The notes under the pieces are model-generated. The model did not search any database, had not been told where the DNA came from, and saw nothing but the letters and a program-made list of their open reading frames with translations. DNA of 64,000 bases, taken from assembly GCA_044359815.1 (NCBI GenBank), contig JBIKLL010000003.1, forward strand, positions 1 to 64,000, written 5' to 3'. Below are positions 47,061 to 56,382 of the stretch, piece after piece. Made by a program: the position numbers and the translations under genes. Every line of letters begins with the position of its first letter. Positions within the stretch are counted from its first letter, which is position 1. This DNA is from Pseudobdellovibrionaceae bacterium. GTDB taxonomy: Bacteria; Bdellovibrionota; Bdellovibrionia; Bdellovibrionales; Bdellovibrionaceae.

Positions 47061-48755
47061 ATGGAAAAAATTTGGTTAGTTAAAGCTTCCAACAGAATTC
47101 TGGGTCCCTATGATTTGGATGAACTCAAATCATTGATTTTGGATTTACAGGTTTCAATGATTGACGAAATTAAAACTCCTATCAGTCGATGGAAGTTCGT
47201 TCGTGAACATTCAGACTTTCGTGACATTGTTTTGCAGGTCCGACAAAAACAGGCCGACAGTAAAGAAGACACCGTCCGCATTCCATTGCGTGGGGATGAG
47301 TTCACTCAAACGCCAACACCGATTCCCAGAATCTACACCGAGGTTGAAAACAAAGCGCAGGAAGAGCCTCTGCCACCCAGACCAGCGCAGTCTCAGGAAA
47401 CTAAATACTATGCACCTATAAATTATGGTCATGTCCGTACAGCCAACACCGACAAAGCTTCTTGGGTGACTCCTATTTTGTGGGGTTTGGTAGGCGTAGC
47501 TGTATTTTTAATTTTGAAGGTTATGTTCGCCCCATCAAACACAAACAACCTGCAAATCGGTGGGGGCATAGGTTATGAGGAATATTTGGGTTTAGCAAAG
47601 TATCATCAAAACGTGGGTGATCTGGCAAAATCTTTCGAAATGTATTCTAAAGCTTTGGCGATTAAAGATCTGGACGGAAATTCAAAGGTCCAAATGGCCT
47701 CGTTGATGTTAGCACTTCAAGGCCGCACGGTCGAAGTCCGAAGGCTGATTGATGAAGCTAAAAAAAGCATGGCTCCAGAGCCCGAAGGCTTGCGGCAAAT
47801 GCAATTGCTTGTGGCACTTTCTTTTGTCAAAGAAAGCCGTTTAGAAGAAGCGAAGACTTTTTTAAGTGAGCTTAAAGATCAAGATCCTTTAAAAAATAAA
47901 ATTGGTTTTAATTATGTGGCTTTGTTGATTCGGATGAATCAATTTAAGGCGGCCTTTGACGAAGCAAAACTGCAAATTGCTGCCAGCGCTGATATGGCTG
48001 AATTGTATTTACTGAAAGCCGTGGCAGCCTTTAGAGCACCGGAATCCACCGAAGTAGAGCTGAAGGAATCAATCGAGGATTTGGTTAAATTTTCTCAAGC
48101 CAGAAAAGATTATTTGTTGGAGTCAATTTTTTTAAAAGCCGTGATTGAACACAGGCTCAAAAAAATTCCAGATATGGAAACTTCTTTAAAACAATTGTTG
48201 GATATGCCCTATGATTTAACCAAAGATCATGTGCATGACGTGTACATTGATTGGGAACCCGTTACTTTCGCTGCGCTGAATGAGGAATGTCAAAAAACAG
48301 CCAATTTCGTAGAAGGGTATTTAGCAGTCGCTATGCGGGGCTATTGCCATTTGCAGTCAGGGCAAACAGCACAGGCTAGTGAGGTTATAGATAAAGGTTA
48401 TTACCAATACAGCAGTGAGCCTATCCTCAGAACTTTGTATGCGATGTTGCTGGTAAAACAAAATCGATTTGACGAAGTAAAATCCTTGCTCAGGCTTGCC
48501 ATCACTCCAAGGATCCGTGACCTGATCACAGCGGAACTTTGTGTGAAGGATAAAAATTGGTCTTGTGCTGAAACCAGCTGGAAGACTATTTCTGAATTGG
48601 ATCCCAAGGATCTGTATGCCATAAAAGGTTTAGCGACAAAGAATATCGAAATTGGCCAAAAAAGCGTGGCTGAAACTTTGGTAAACAGTGGTCTGCAGGT
48701 CAGTCCAAATTTTCAACCCTTTATGGAGATGAAGGAAAGACTCAGTGATAAATAG
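47061..48755 (+). CDS. GYF-like N-terminal domain, TM and TPR-like repeat protein
   Basis: W...ILGPY N-terminus, one TM, helical repeats. Confidence 0.7.
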   Translation: MEKIWLVKASNRILGPYDLDELKSLILDLQVSMIDEIKTPISRWKFVREHSDFRDIVLQVRQKQADSKEDTVRIPLRGDEFTQTPTPIPRIYTEVENKAQEEPLPPRPAQSQETKYYAPINYGHVRTANTDKASWVTPILWGLVGVAVFLILKVMFAPSNTNNLQIGGGIGYEEYLGLAKYHQNVGDLAKSFEMYSKALAIKDLDGNSKVQMASLMLALQGRTVEVRRLIDEAKKSMAPEPEGLRQMQLLVALSFVKESRLEEAKTFLSELKDQDPLKNKIGFNYVALLIRMNQFKAAFDEAKLQIAASADMAELYLLKAVAAFRAPESTEVELKESIEDLVKFSQARKDYLLESIFLKAVIEHRLKKIPDMETSLKQLLDMPYDLTKDHVHDVYIDWEPVTFAALNEECQKTANFVEGYLAVAMRGYCHLQSGQTAQASEVIDKGYYQYSSEPILRTLYAMLLVKQNRFDEVKSLLRLAITPRIRDLITAELCVKDKNWSCAETSWKTISELDPKDLYAIKGLATKNIEIGQKSVAETLVNSGLQVSPNFQPFMEMKERLSDK

Positions 48756-49512
48756 TTTGCTGATACTATTTTTATTTTTAGCACAAGCTAATGAGTCGGC
48801 TCCGAACCAAGGCGGAGGAGCTGCCGAAAATGAAGTGCCTCATAAAGAGGAAGCCCCTCAGGAAACCGGGAAAGAGGTTGTTGTTAAGGACATGGGGGGC
48901 GAAGTTTGGCTTCCCAGTAAATTATTTGAACTGATCGAGGAAGATCCCTCTGCTGAAAAACCAAAAGACGCGAAAACTGAAAAAAAGTCTGATTTCAGTA
49001 AAATGGGATCGCTATCAATGGGGGGGATTACATTCACCACCATCTCGGTAAAACTGTGGGAAAAAACCCCAGGCGTTTTAAAAAACGACAGGTACACTAT
49101 CCAAATGCCAGTGGGCGGTGGCGAAATTGATTTGAGCCAGTACACCACAGGTAAAAAGGGGACATTCTTTGTGGACTTTCGAATCGACGACGATCTAGAA
49201 AACGAAAATCTGGAAGTCTATTTTGTGTCAAAAGGCCGCAAGCGTAAAATTGATGGACAGATATGGGGCGCTGGCTGCAAAAAAATATTAGATATCAGCA
49301 ATTTTTTTAAATCGACCATTCATAAAGGACTTTTTTCAGTCAACACAACTGACTCTAGACATCTGACTGTTTTGGGCGGACATTTTGTTTTTGCAGCACA
49401 TGTCAGACGGCAAATCAGAACGGCACAAATTACTTTTAAGGACTCACAGAAGCCCGAATATTTTTGTCCGATGGGACAGAGCAAATTTTCTAAAGAGGAC
49501 GCTAAGGAATAA
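48745..49512 (+). CDS. Hypothetical exported protein
   Basis: 255 aa with signal peptide. Confidence 0.72.
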   Translation: MINSLLILFLFLAQANESAPNQGGGAAENEVPHKEEAPQETGKEVVVKDMGGEVWLPSKLFELIEEDPSAEKPKDAKTEKKSDFSKMGSLSMGGITFTTISVKLWEKTPGVLKNDRYTIQMPVGGGEIDLSQYTTGKKGTFFVDFRIDDDLENENLEVYFVSKGRKRKIDGQIWGAGCKKILDISNFFKSTIHKGLFSVNTTDSRHLTVLGGHFVFAAHVRRQIRTAQITFKDSQKPEYFCPMGQSKFSKEDAKE

Positions 49513-49995
49513 ATGATTGATTTTTTGAAGGCCTATAAAAACTATGATCCGGCCGCTAAATCTTATTTAGAAATAGCTGTCTTGTATCCTGGCCCTCGAG
49601 CAATTCGTTGGCACAGGCTGGCTCATTTTTTTTACAATTGTCGGTTGTACTTTATCGCCAGAATGATTTCTGAACACAGTCGATGTTGGACAGGCATCGA
49701 AATCCATCCTGGTGCAAAGATTGGAAAGCGATTGGTCATTGACCATGGGATGGGTGTTGTTGTTGGCGAAACTGCAGTGATTGGTGATGATTGCATTATC
49801 TATCACGGAGTCACTTTAGGTGGTACCAGCACCAGCCCCGTGAAACGTCATCCAACAGTCGGCAATGGGGTTTTAATTGGTGCAGGAGCAACAATATTAG
49901 GTCCCATAAATATCGGTAACAACAGTAAAATCGGAGCCAACGCCATCGTCACCAAAGATGTGCCCGAGGGAAAAACCATCGTCGGTTATCTTTAA
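49513..49995 (+). CDS. cysE: Serine O-acetyltransferase
   Basis: [30 protein letters not shown]. Confidence 0.93.
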   Translation: MIDFLKAYKNYDPAAKSYLEIAVLYPGPRAIRWHRLAHFFYNCRLYFIARMISEHSRCWTGIEIHPGAKIGKRLVIDHGMGVVVGETAVIGDDCIIYHGVTLGGTSTSPVKRHPTVGNGVLIGAGATILGPINIGNNSKIGANAIVTKDVPEGKTIVGYL

Positions 49996-50199
49996 AAACA
50001 TTTTACAATTTTGAAATAGCAAAATGCTTTTAGAGATAACTCATAATGGTGAACCAAAACGTTAAGTGATGGCGAATTTCGGCACAGTGATCAAAAGTTA
50101 GATAGGTCATGAGTCTTCAGATCCAACAGATCTCTGTAGGTAAAAGCATGATCTTTGTAAGTGTTGGTGTGGATTAATCTTTTACCAGATGAGGAACAA

Positions 50200-50946
50200 A
50201 TGAGGGATATAACTGTAGCATTGGCGTTTATGGGTTTAGTCGGTTTTGCAAACAGCGGTTACACTCAAGAATCTGACAAAGTCCTGGTGACCAGTGGGTA
50301 TGTTTTGTCATTCAATAAACCAATTGTGATATCAAATACGTCTAATGAAACTGATTACGTCAGTTCTTTGGTATCAAAGGGTTCAAGACACTTTAACAAA
50401 AAAGTTTCTTACAGAAACAATTTATTAGTTTCTACTATTGAAAAGGTAGAATCTGTTTCAGCCAAGCTAACTATCAAAGAATCTTTTATTTGCAATGCAT
50501 CTGCAGAAGTTTCTGGCAGAACTAAGTTGGTTGCAGGATCTGACCGTTCAACCAGATACACTGTTTTAAGCAAAACCAGAAGCGCCTATACATTGGCTAA
50601 AGAAGGCAGTTCTAGAAACTCTTTTAAAATTGAATGTAAAATTCAAACAGAAGTTGTTGATGTTAATGATTTAAGAGTGATTCCTAATAAGTCAGGTCTT
50701 CGCAAACAGGAAGCTGCTCGCCTGAAGGCCATGTACAGCCACAAAAATCCGTTAAATATTTTTAGCAGCAGCATTGAAAAACTGATTCACGCTAAAATCG
50801 TTTCACCTGTGATTCAACCCATGGGTAAAATGAAAACTAAAAACATCGGATTTGATCCTTCTGATTCAGAAGTTATCGACGAGACAGAAATGTCTGCTGA
50901 TGAACTCAGATTGGAAAATGAGTATCAAAAATCATTAAGCATCTAG
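50200..50946 (+). CDS. Hypothetical exported protein
   Basis: ATG 50200 with GAGG RBS; signal peptide. Confidence 0.7.
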   Translation: MRDITVALAFMGLVGFANSGYTQESDKVLVTSGYVLSFNKPIVISNTSNETDYVSSLVSKGSRHFNKKVSYRNNLLVSTIEKVESVSAKLTIKESFICNASAEVSGRTKLVAGSDRSTRYTVLSKTRSAYTLAKEGSSRNSFKIECKIQTEVVDVNDLRVIPNKSGLRKQEAARLKAMYSHKNPLNIFSSSIEKLIHAKIVSPVIQPMGKMKTKNIGFDPSDSEVIDETEMSADELRLENEYQKSLSI

Positions 50947-50958
50947 GAAGCAGACTGA

Positions 50959-51639
50959 ATGAAGTTTTCAGCTATTATTGTTTTATTGCTGCATTTATGT
51001 TTACCAGCTGTAGGACAGTTTAGCTGCCAAGACATATTTCTACCGCAACAGATCTCGACTGATGCCTTGTCGGTCCTAATCAAACGTGAAAATCAAACAA
51101 TCGTTTATGCCAGAACCAACCGCGGAATCCTGGAGCTATCGACTGAGCACTATGGACCGAAAATAATGAATCTTTCCAGATTCAAAAACAAAATTGTTAT
51201 GGATGCTGGATGTGGCGACGGTAAATTTGTTGAGCAATTAAATAAACTTGGGGTGCAAGTTTTTGGCTTGGATCTGCATTTAACTGAATATCAAAAGTCC
51301 AGACCCAATCTGTTTCTGCAAAAGGATCTGCGTCAGACGGAACTTCCTGGTGAATCAGTTGATTTTATTTTTTCCACATGGAGTGTGATCAGTTACGAGG
51401 CCGGGATTGATAAATCATCAAAACTGGTAGTCGATGTGTTGAACGAGATGAATCGAGTACTGGCACCCGGGGGCTATATGTATATAAGCCCCAGGCCAAC
51501 CAGCAAACTGGGTAGCACCTTAGTTCATTCTCACTTAATCAAATTGGGTTTAGAGGTCCAAGAATTTTCCTATGGCCCAGATGAAATCAGAGTCTACAAG
51601 GGCCTCGAAATCTACAAGCCCATTTCTGAAAAAAAATAA
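50959..51639 (+). CDS. Class I SAM-dependent methyltransferase with N-terminal signal peptide
   Basis: MDAGCGDG, GLDL, ESVDFI, EMNRVLAPGG; hydrophobic N-terminus. Confidence 0.85.
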   Translation: MKFSAIIVLLLHLCLPAVGQFSCQDIFLPQQISTDALSVLIKRENQTIVYARTNRGILELSTEHYGPKIMNLSRFKNKIVMDAGCGDGKFVEQLNKLGVQVFGLDLHLTEYQKSRPNLFLQKDLRQTELPGESVDFIFSTWSVISYEAGIDKSSKLVVDVLNEMNRVLAPGGYMYISPRPTSKLGSTLVHSHLIKLGLEVQEFSYGPDEIRVYKGLEIYKPISEKK

Positions 51640-51647
51640 TTAGATGG

Positions 51648-52067
51648 CCCCTTTTTCTTCGGCAACTTTGGATTTTAAAAATTATTTCTATGATTTTACA
51701 CCTTGAGAATACATTTGCGAGCGCGACATTTAATTTACCGCCGCATATCTGGTGATGCGTAAATGCAAAGATAATTTTTTTCACTATTTTTAGACACTCG
51801 CTAACGGCCGCGGGCTCATCTCTCGTATTGAGTCATTTAGACTAATCACTTTTACGATTAATAAATTATCTTAAAACTGATTAGTCTAAATGACTCAACA
51901 CCAGATATGCCCCGCACGCTCGCTGCATGTGTCTAAAAACAGTAAAAACAAATTACCTATGCATTTACGCAATACGAGAGATGAGCCCGCGGCCGTTAGC
52001 AAGTATTCTCAAGATGTAAAATCATAGAAATAATTTTTAAAATTCAAAGTAACTGCAGAAAAAGGGG
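51648..52067. repeat. Type I nested palindromic element, copy 3 (complete, inverted relative to copy 2)
   Basis: 51713-52002 is near-identical to the reverse complement of 3549-3839; outer arms 51648-51712/52003-52067. Confidence 0.97.
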
Positions 52068-52109
52068 TCGGTAGTAAAATCATACAACTTTAGTTTTGTT
52101 CAGAAAAGG

Positions 52110-52649
52110 CTAATTTAATCCTTGTTCATAGGTCTGTTGCCAGTGCGACAGGGTTTTTATCCAAATCAGTTTTGATTGATTTTCTGAGCGCTGAAGGATT
52201 CTGATAAGCTCAGGTCTCATTTGTGTATGGCTTTTCCAAGCTGTCCTCAGTAATTTCACAGTGTGACGGAAGGACAATTCATTGGCGCCTTTGGGCAACT
52301 CAGGGCGAGGATTACAAATGTTTGTGATTTGCCTTTTGATAATCCAAAAAAAATGTCGGGGTAGTTTAAAATCGACAAAAACAATTCGATCACTCAGTTT
52401 GAATCTTTCCTGCAGAACATCCAAGGGGCCGTAACCATCAATGATCCACTCTGATTGCTGGTGAATTTTCTGCAGCTCAGAAATGGTTTCTTGGTAAGGT
52501 TTGATCTGCAGATCAACAGTGAACTGCAGACTGTCTATGTGGGTAACTGGCAGGTTCAACAATTGCCCAAGCTGCGCGCTGAGCTTGGTTTTTCCGCCGC
52601 CACTGTTTCCGATAACTGCGATTTTTTTTGGTCTTGAAGGTTTCTGCAA
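52110..52649 (-). CDS. P-loop kinase-like protein (FlaR/topology modulation family)
   Basis: IGNSGGGKT, HIDSL, WIIDG. Confidence 0.82.
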   Translation of the reverse strand: MQKPSRPKKIAVIGNSGGGKTKLSAQLGQLLNLPVTHIDSLQFTVDLQIKPYQETISELQKIHQQSEWIIDGYGPLDVLQERFKLSDRIVFVDFKLPRHFFWIIKRQITNICNPRPELPKGANELSFRHTVKLLRTAWKSHTQMRPELIRILQRSENQSKLIWIKTLSHWQQTYEQGLN

Positions 52650-52655
52650 ACTAAA

Positions 52656-53441
52656 TCAATTGTCGCGTTTAAATTTAGACGCCACAAATTTATTAAATAC
52701 GTTGGGTAACATGGTAGCCATCATTAATCCCACAGCTTCCATACCTACAGGTTTTAAAACAGGCAGATCTTCCAACACGGCTTCTCGAATCATTTTTGCG
52801 TATTTCTGAGTAGTGATTGATTTGCTGACCAGGCTCATATCCAGGTTTTTTCCGTATTTTTTAGGAATCTCATTAAACATTCTGGTTTCTACTCCGGGTG
52901 TGATCAGCAGCAAGGTGCTCACACCTGTGCCGGCTAATTCTGACCTGAGACTGTTGGTAAAGGCATTCACTGCGGCTTTAGTTGCAGCATAGGTTGTGGC
53001 GCAGGGAAAATGCATGATTGAGGACACAGATGAATTGTTTATGATTTTACCCTTTTTTCTGGCAACCATTCCAGGCAGGATCTCTTTGGTTAAATGAATC
53101 AGTCCAGTCACATTGACTTGCATGACTGAATAAATATCCGAGACTTTTTGCTGTTCTAGCAGTCCGCCAGTTAGCTGGCCCGCATTGTTAAACAAAACAT
53201 CAATTGTTAAATCGCGCAGTCTGGATCCCACTGTAGCAATGGATTCTCGGTTTTCCAGATCCAAAACATGGGTGAAAACTTCCTTGGCCCCTAGGTTTTT
53301 CAAATGACTGTTAAGCTCAGGATCCTCTTTGCGAATTAACAAATGAATGATGGCATTGTCTTGTGCGCAGACTTCAGCAAAAGCCTTGCCTATCCCTCTG
53401 TTTGCACCTGTGATTGCGACGCTACTATTTTTGATTTCCAT
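52656..53441 (-). CDS. SDR family oxidoreductase
   Basis: TGANRGIG, NNAG, YAATK. Confidence 0.92.
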   Translation of the reverse strand: MEIKNSSVAITGANRGIGKAFAEVCAQDNAIIHLLIRKEDPELNSHLKNLGAKEVFTHVLDLENRESIATVGSRLRDLTIDVLFNNAGQLTGGLLEQQKVSDIYSVMQVNVTGLIHLTKEILPGMVARKKGKIINNSSVSSIMHFPCATTYAATKAAVNAFTNSLRSELAGTGVSTLLLITPGVETRMFNEIPKKYGKNLDMSLVSKSITTQKYAKMIREAVLEDLPVLKPVGMEAVGLMMATMLPNVFNKFVASKFKRDN

Positions 53442-53446
53442 AATAC

Positions 53447-54214
53447 CTACTTTATTGGATGGTCGGGTTTTAATCCCCAACTGGTTAAAATTTTTGATTC
53501 ATCTTCTGGAGACATGGCCTTTTTAAATTTGGCACCAGATCGTCCCTTGACCCTTTGTTCGCACTCTGACCACGTCTTATGACGGATAACCTCAGACCCG
53601 ACATAGCTCAAATAGCTAAATGCGACCTTAGGTTCAGATGGTGATTTAATTTCAGGAATTGATAAATCCTGCGGCAGTAAAAACAACTCGTGCGAATAAT
53701 TGTTTTCATCACCCTCATATAATTCTACAGAATCCCGTTTCGAATACCCTACAGCAATCTCGTCACAGCGTTCATTGCCGGGGATACCCACATGGCCTCT
53801 GACAAAATTCCAGACAAATCGCTTCCTGATCGGATCTACGACGGCAATCAACTGTTGCCAGATTTCCTTATTGGCAACGGGCTGTCCCTCAGCCGTTAGC
53901 CAGCCGCGTTTTTTCCAACCATGCACCCACTGCGAAATTCCCCTTAAAAAATAAACCGAATCAGAAAACACATTCACTGTTCCAGAGCTTCTGTTTTCCA
54001 GAATGGATTCTATTCCCACCAAGGCTCCCAATAATTCCATTTCGTTGTTGGTGGTTAATTTTTTAGAGCCACCCAGTTCTAGAATTTGACCGTTTTCAAA
54101 GCGGACTATGGTTCCGTAACCGCCGGTGCCAGGATTTCCAGAGCAGGCGCCATCGCAAAACAACAGCGTCGTTTTTTTAAATTCAGCTTCGCGATGGGTT
54201 AGATTAGAAGTCAT
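53447..54214 (-). CDS. rnhA: Ribonuclease HI with C-terminal viroplasmin-like domain
   Basis: DGACSGNPG, TNNEMEL, DS, VRGHVG.PGNERCD; C-terminal TWSECEQRVKG...AKFKK. Confidence 0.9.
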   Translation of the reverse strand: MTSNLTHREAEFKKTTLLFCDGACSGNPGTGGYGTIVRFENGQILELGGSKKLTTNNEMELLGALVGIESILENRSSGTVNVFSDSVYFLRGISQWVHGWKKRGWLTAEGQPVANKEIWQQLIAVVDPIRKRFVWNFVRGHVGIPGNERCDEIAVGYSKRDSVELYEGDENNYSHELFLLPQDLSIPEIKSPSEPKVAFSYLSYVGSEVIRHKTWSECEQRVKGRSGAKFKKAMSPEDESKILTSWGLKPDHPIK

Positions 54215-54242
54215 GGGTAAAACATAACTAGACAATTGCCAA

Positions 54243-54815
54243 TTGGCACGAAAAAATGACTCTTCAACAGGAGATGTTGGCTTGGGAAAAAGAAGCAAAG
54301 ATGAAATCATCGACAAAGTTTTAAGCAGCTCAATTGATTTAAATCTAAGAAAAGGCCATTTAAAATGGTCGGTGACTGATTTGGCCAAAGACAGCGGAAT
54401 CAGCCGAACTTTGATTTATTATTATTTTGGCAAATCCAAAGAAGCGATTTTATCAGAAGCTGTGCAGTTTTATGCCTCGGAAATCTTTGACACCCGATGG
54501 GAAGTTTCGCAAAAGCTGTTAAAGGGCGAAATCGAAAACATGATCAGAACGACCAGGGCTTTGATCTCTAAAAACCCTCATCTGGTAGTTCTGTATTCCA
54601 GGTTCAGAAACTCAAACACTTCCGTTGGTAAGGCCTTTGCCGAGGGCGAGAAAAAATACCTGAGTATGATCACTGATACCTTGCCCGAAAAAAACAAAAC
54701 ACATGCAAAAATGATTTGGGCTTTTATTTATGGTTTGACGCTTTCGCCTTCGATATTTGATTCAGATCTTGCTCAGGCAGGGATATTTCTGCGCCGCTTT
54801 TGGCAGACCGGATAA
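54243..54815 (+). CDS. TetR/AcrR family regulator
   Basis: SVTDLAKDSGISRTLIYYYFGKSKE HTH; true start may be TTG 54282. Confidence 0.85.
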   Translation: MARKNDSSTGDVGLGKRSKDEIIDKVLSSSIDLNLRKGHLKWSVTDLAKDSGISRTLIYYYFGKSKEAILSEAVQFYASEIFDTRWEVSQKLLKGEIENMIRTTRALISKNPHLVVLYSRFRNSNTSVGKAFAEGEKKYLSMITDTLPEKNKTHAKMIWAFIYGLTLSPSIFDSDLAQAGIFLRRFWQTG

Positions 54816-54897
54816 TCTGACCAACTTAGACTGTGCCCCATTTACAGATTCTGAAAATTTGCTTTCAACAATCCGTAAATGGGGCTTCCAGCTTTGC

Positions 54898-55431
54898 TTA
54901 GGGACAAGATTCAGTTTTGATAACGACGGCCATTCTGTGGATGCTGGCTGAAGCATTTTTGGCAAACACTGAAGCATTCATTCTCAGAATTGTGTCTGGA
55001 TTCTCACCGCATTCTCGCAGTACGGTTTTTTCACTGTGCAACAGGAACTCTCCATCTTGTTGACTCAGATCGGCTTCAATTGATGCTCTTTCTGACCCTA
55101 CTGTCCAGACATCAAAATTCAAATTGAGCTTGGATCCAGGATTTTCAACAAAGCCATCTATAAAAGCAAATTCTGCCACCAGTCTGGAATCCGTTTCTAT
55201 GCTCATAGGTATGGCTATTTGGCAGAATCTTCTGTCCATGCCGTTTTCAGCAAAGATATCAAAGACTCCTTCCAAACTGACATAACCTTCATCAGACACG
55301 ATCAAATTTTCTGGACCAATGCTGCCTGCGGGACAACCTGATCCCCCGTAAGTAGCTTGGCCAAACTGTATGGATGCAAAGCCCGTAGTCGTGATCAACA
55401 TAACTAATACTGTGGTTAAAATGGTTTTCAT
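54898..55431 (-). CDS. Secreted DUF4360-like protein
   Basis: Signal peptide; YGGSGCPAGS motif; paired Cys. Confidence 0.7.
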   Translation of the reverse strand: MKTILTTVLVMLITTTGFASIQFGQATYGGSGCPAGSIGPENLIVSDEGYVSLEGVFDIFAENGMDRRFCQIAIPMSIETDSRLVAEFAFIDGFVENPGSKLNLNFDVWTVGSERASIEADLSQQDGEFLLHSEKTVLRECGENPDTILRMNASVFAKNASASIHRMAVVIKTESCP

Positions 55432-55485
55432 AAAACCCCCTTCTTGGATTCACAATAGTAGATTCGCACTGCGCAGAACAAGTGT

Positions 55486-55508
55486 TTTTGGAACAAAGTG
55501 TTCCAAAA
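55486..55508. terminator. Short hairpin or operator-like palindrome
   Basis: TTTTGGAACA-AAG-TGTTCCAAAA just downstream of the 55516 stop. Confidence 0.4.
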
Positions 55509-55515
55509 GCTTGGA

Positions 55516-56199
55516 TCAGTCGATTCGAAATTTTAAAGAGACTTTTAAATTGCTGATGTATTTGCCGAGGTGTTCGTCTGCAATTTGTAAAATAAATTTT
55601 TGATCTTTTATGGGAATAAAATCTATGTACAAACTGCTTCCTTGTATAAATTGATTTTTAGTCACAGCTCCGATTTGCAATCTGTACTTGGAATCTTTTT
55701 TGGATAGCACTGTAGAGAGTTTATTTTTTGAAGCTCTGATGTCGTTTTCAATTTCTTCCAGACGAACATCCAAGGAAGACATTGCTGACAGATTGGCGGC
55801 TGCATAATCCTGCATGTCTTGATCTGATGTTAAAATTAATTCTAGAGTGTGATTGGGATTACCTTTTAACAAAACAGTTATAGAAAATTCATAAGGTCTT
55901 TCCTCATCAATCCCGCCTTGAATATCGATCAGTTGCGCGGGGCCAGGGCTGTTAGCCAATAGGGCATCAAACTTTTTTATTATTTCGCCAAACTCAGTCA
56001 TCAATTTCTGAGTCTCGGGACTGTCTACAATTTGTTGGTGCGAAAATGAAGGATCAGTATTTGCTGATTTACTTTTTCCAAAGGGATCAAACAATCCCAC
56101 GATCAAAAATGCCAATACGGCTATGGATACCAGGGCGATTGCAATGGTCTTGATTGGCAATTTAAATCCCTTGTTGTCAGAGCTTTCTGAATCCTTCAT
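55516..56199 (-). CDS. Membrane-anchored hypothetical protein
   Basis: 227 aa with N-terminal TM. Confidence 0.7.
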   Translation of the reverse strand: MKDSESSDNKGFKLPIKTIAIALVSIAVLAFLIVGLFDPFGKSKSANTDPSFSHQQIVDSPETQKLMTEFGEIIKKFDALLANSPGPAQLIDIQGGIDEERPYEFSITVLLKGNPNHTLELILTSDQDMQDYAAANLSAMSSLDVRLEEIENDIRASKNKLSTVLSKKDSKYRLQIGAVTKNQFIQGSSLYIDFIPIKDQKFILQIADEHLGKYISNLKVSLKFRID

Positions 56200-56382
56200 C
56201 TACACCTCTTATGCTAAAATTGTAAGCAACAAACAAGGCCACTGTCTACAGTCAGTAGTGGATAATCAGATTCAGCAGTCCAGGGGCCTGCAATCCATGA
56301 AACAATAAAATCTGAAAAGTGAAGGCTAAGACCTAGTCGGCTCATAACCAGCAGAGCCTCACTATCAGGTCACTGCCAGTTC

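Noticed and set aside
51587..51784. 65 aa ORF in Type I copy 3
   Set aside because: Lies within the repeat and overlaps a gene end antisense; not a transposase
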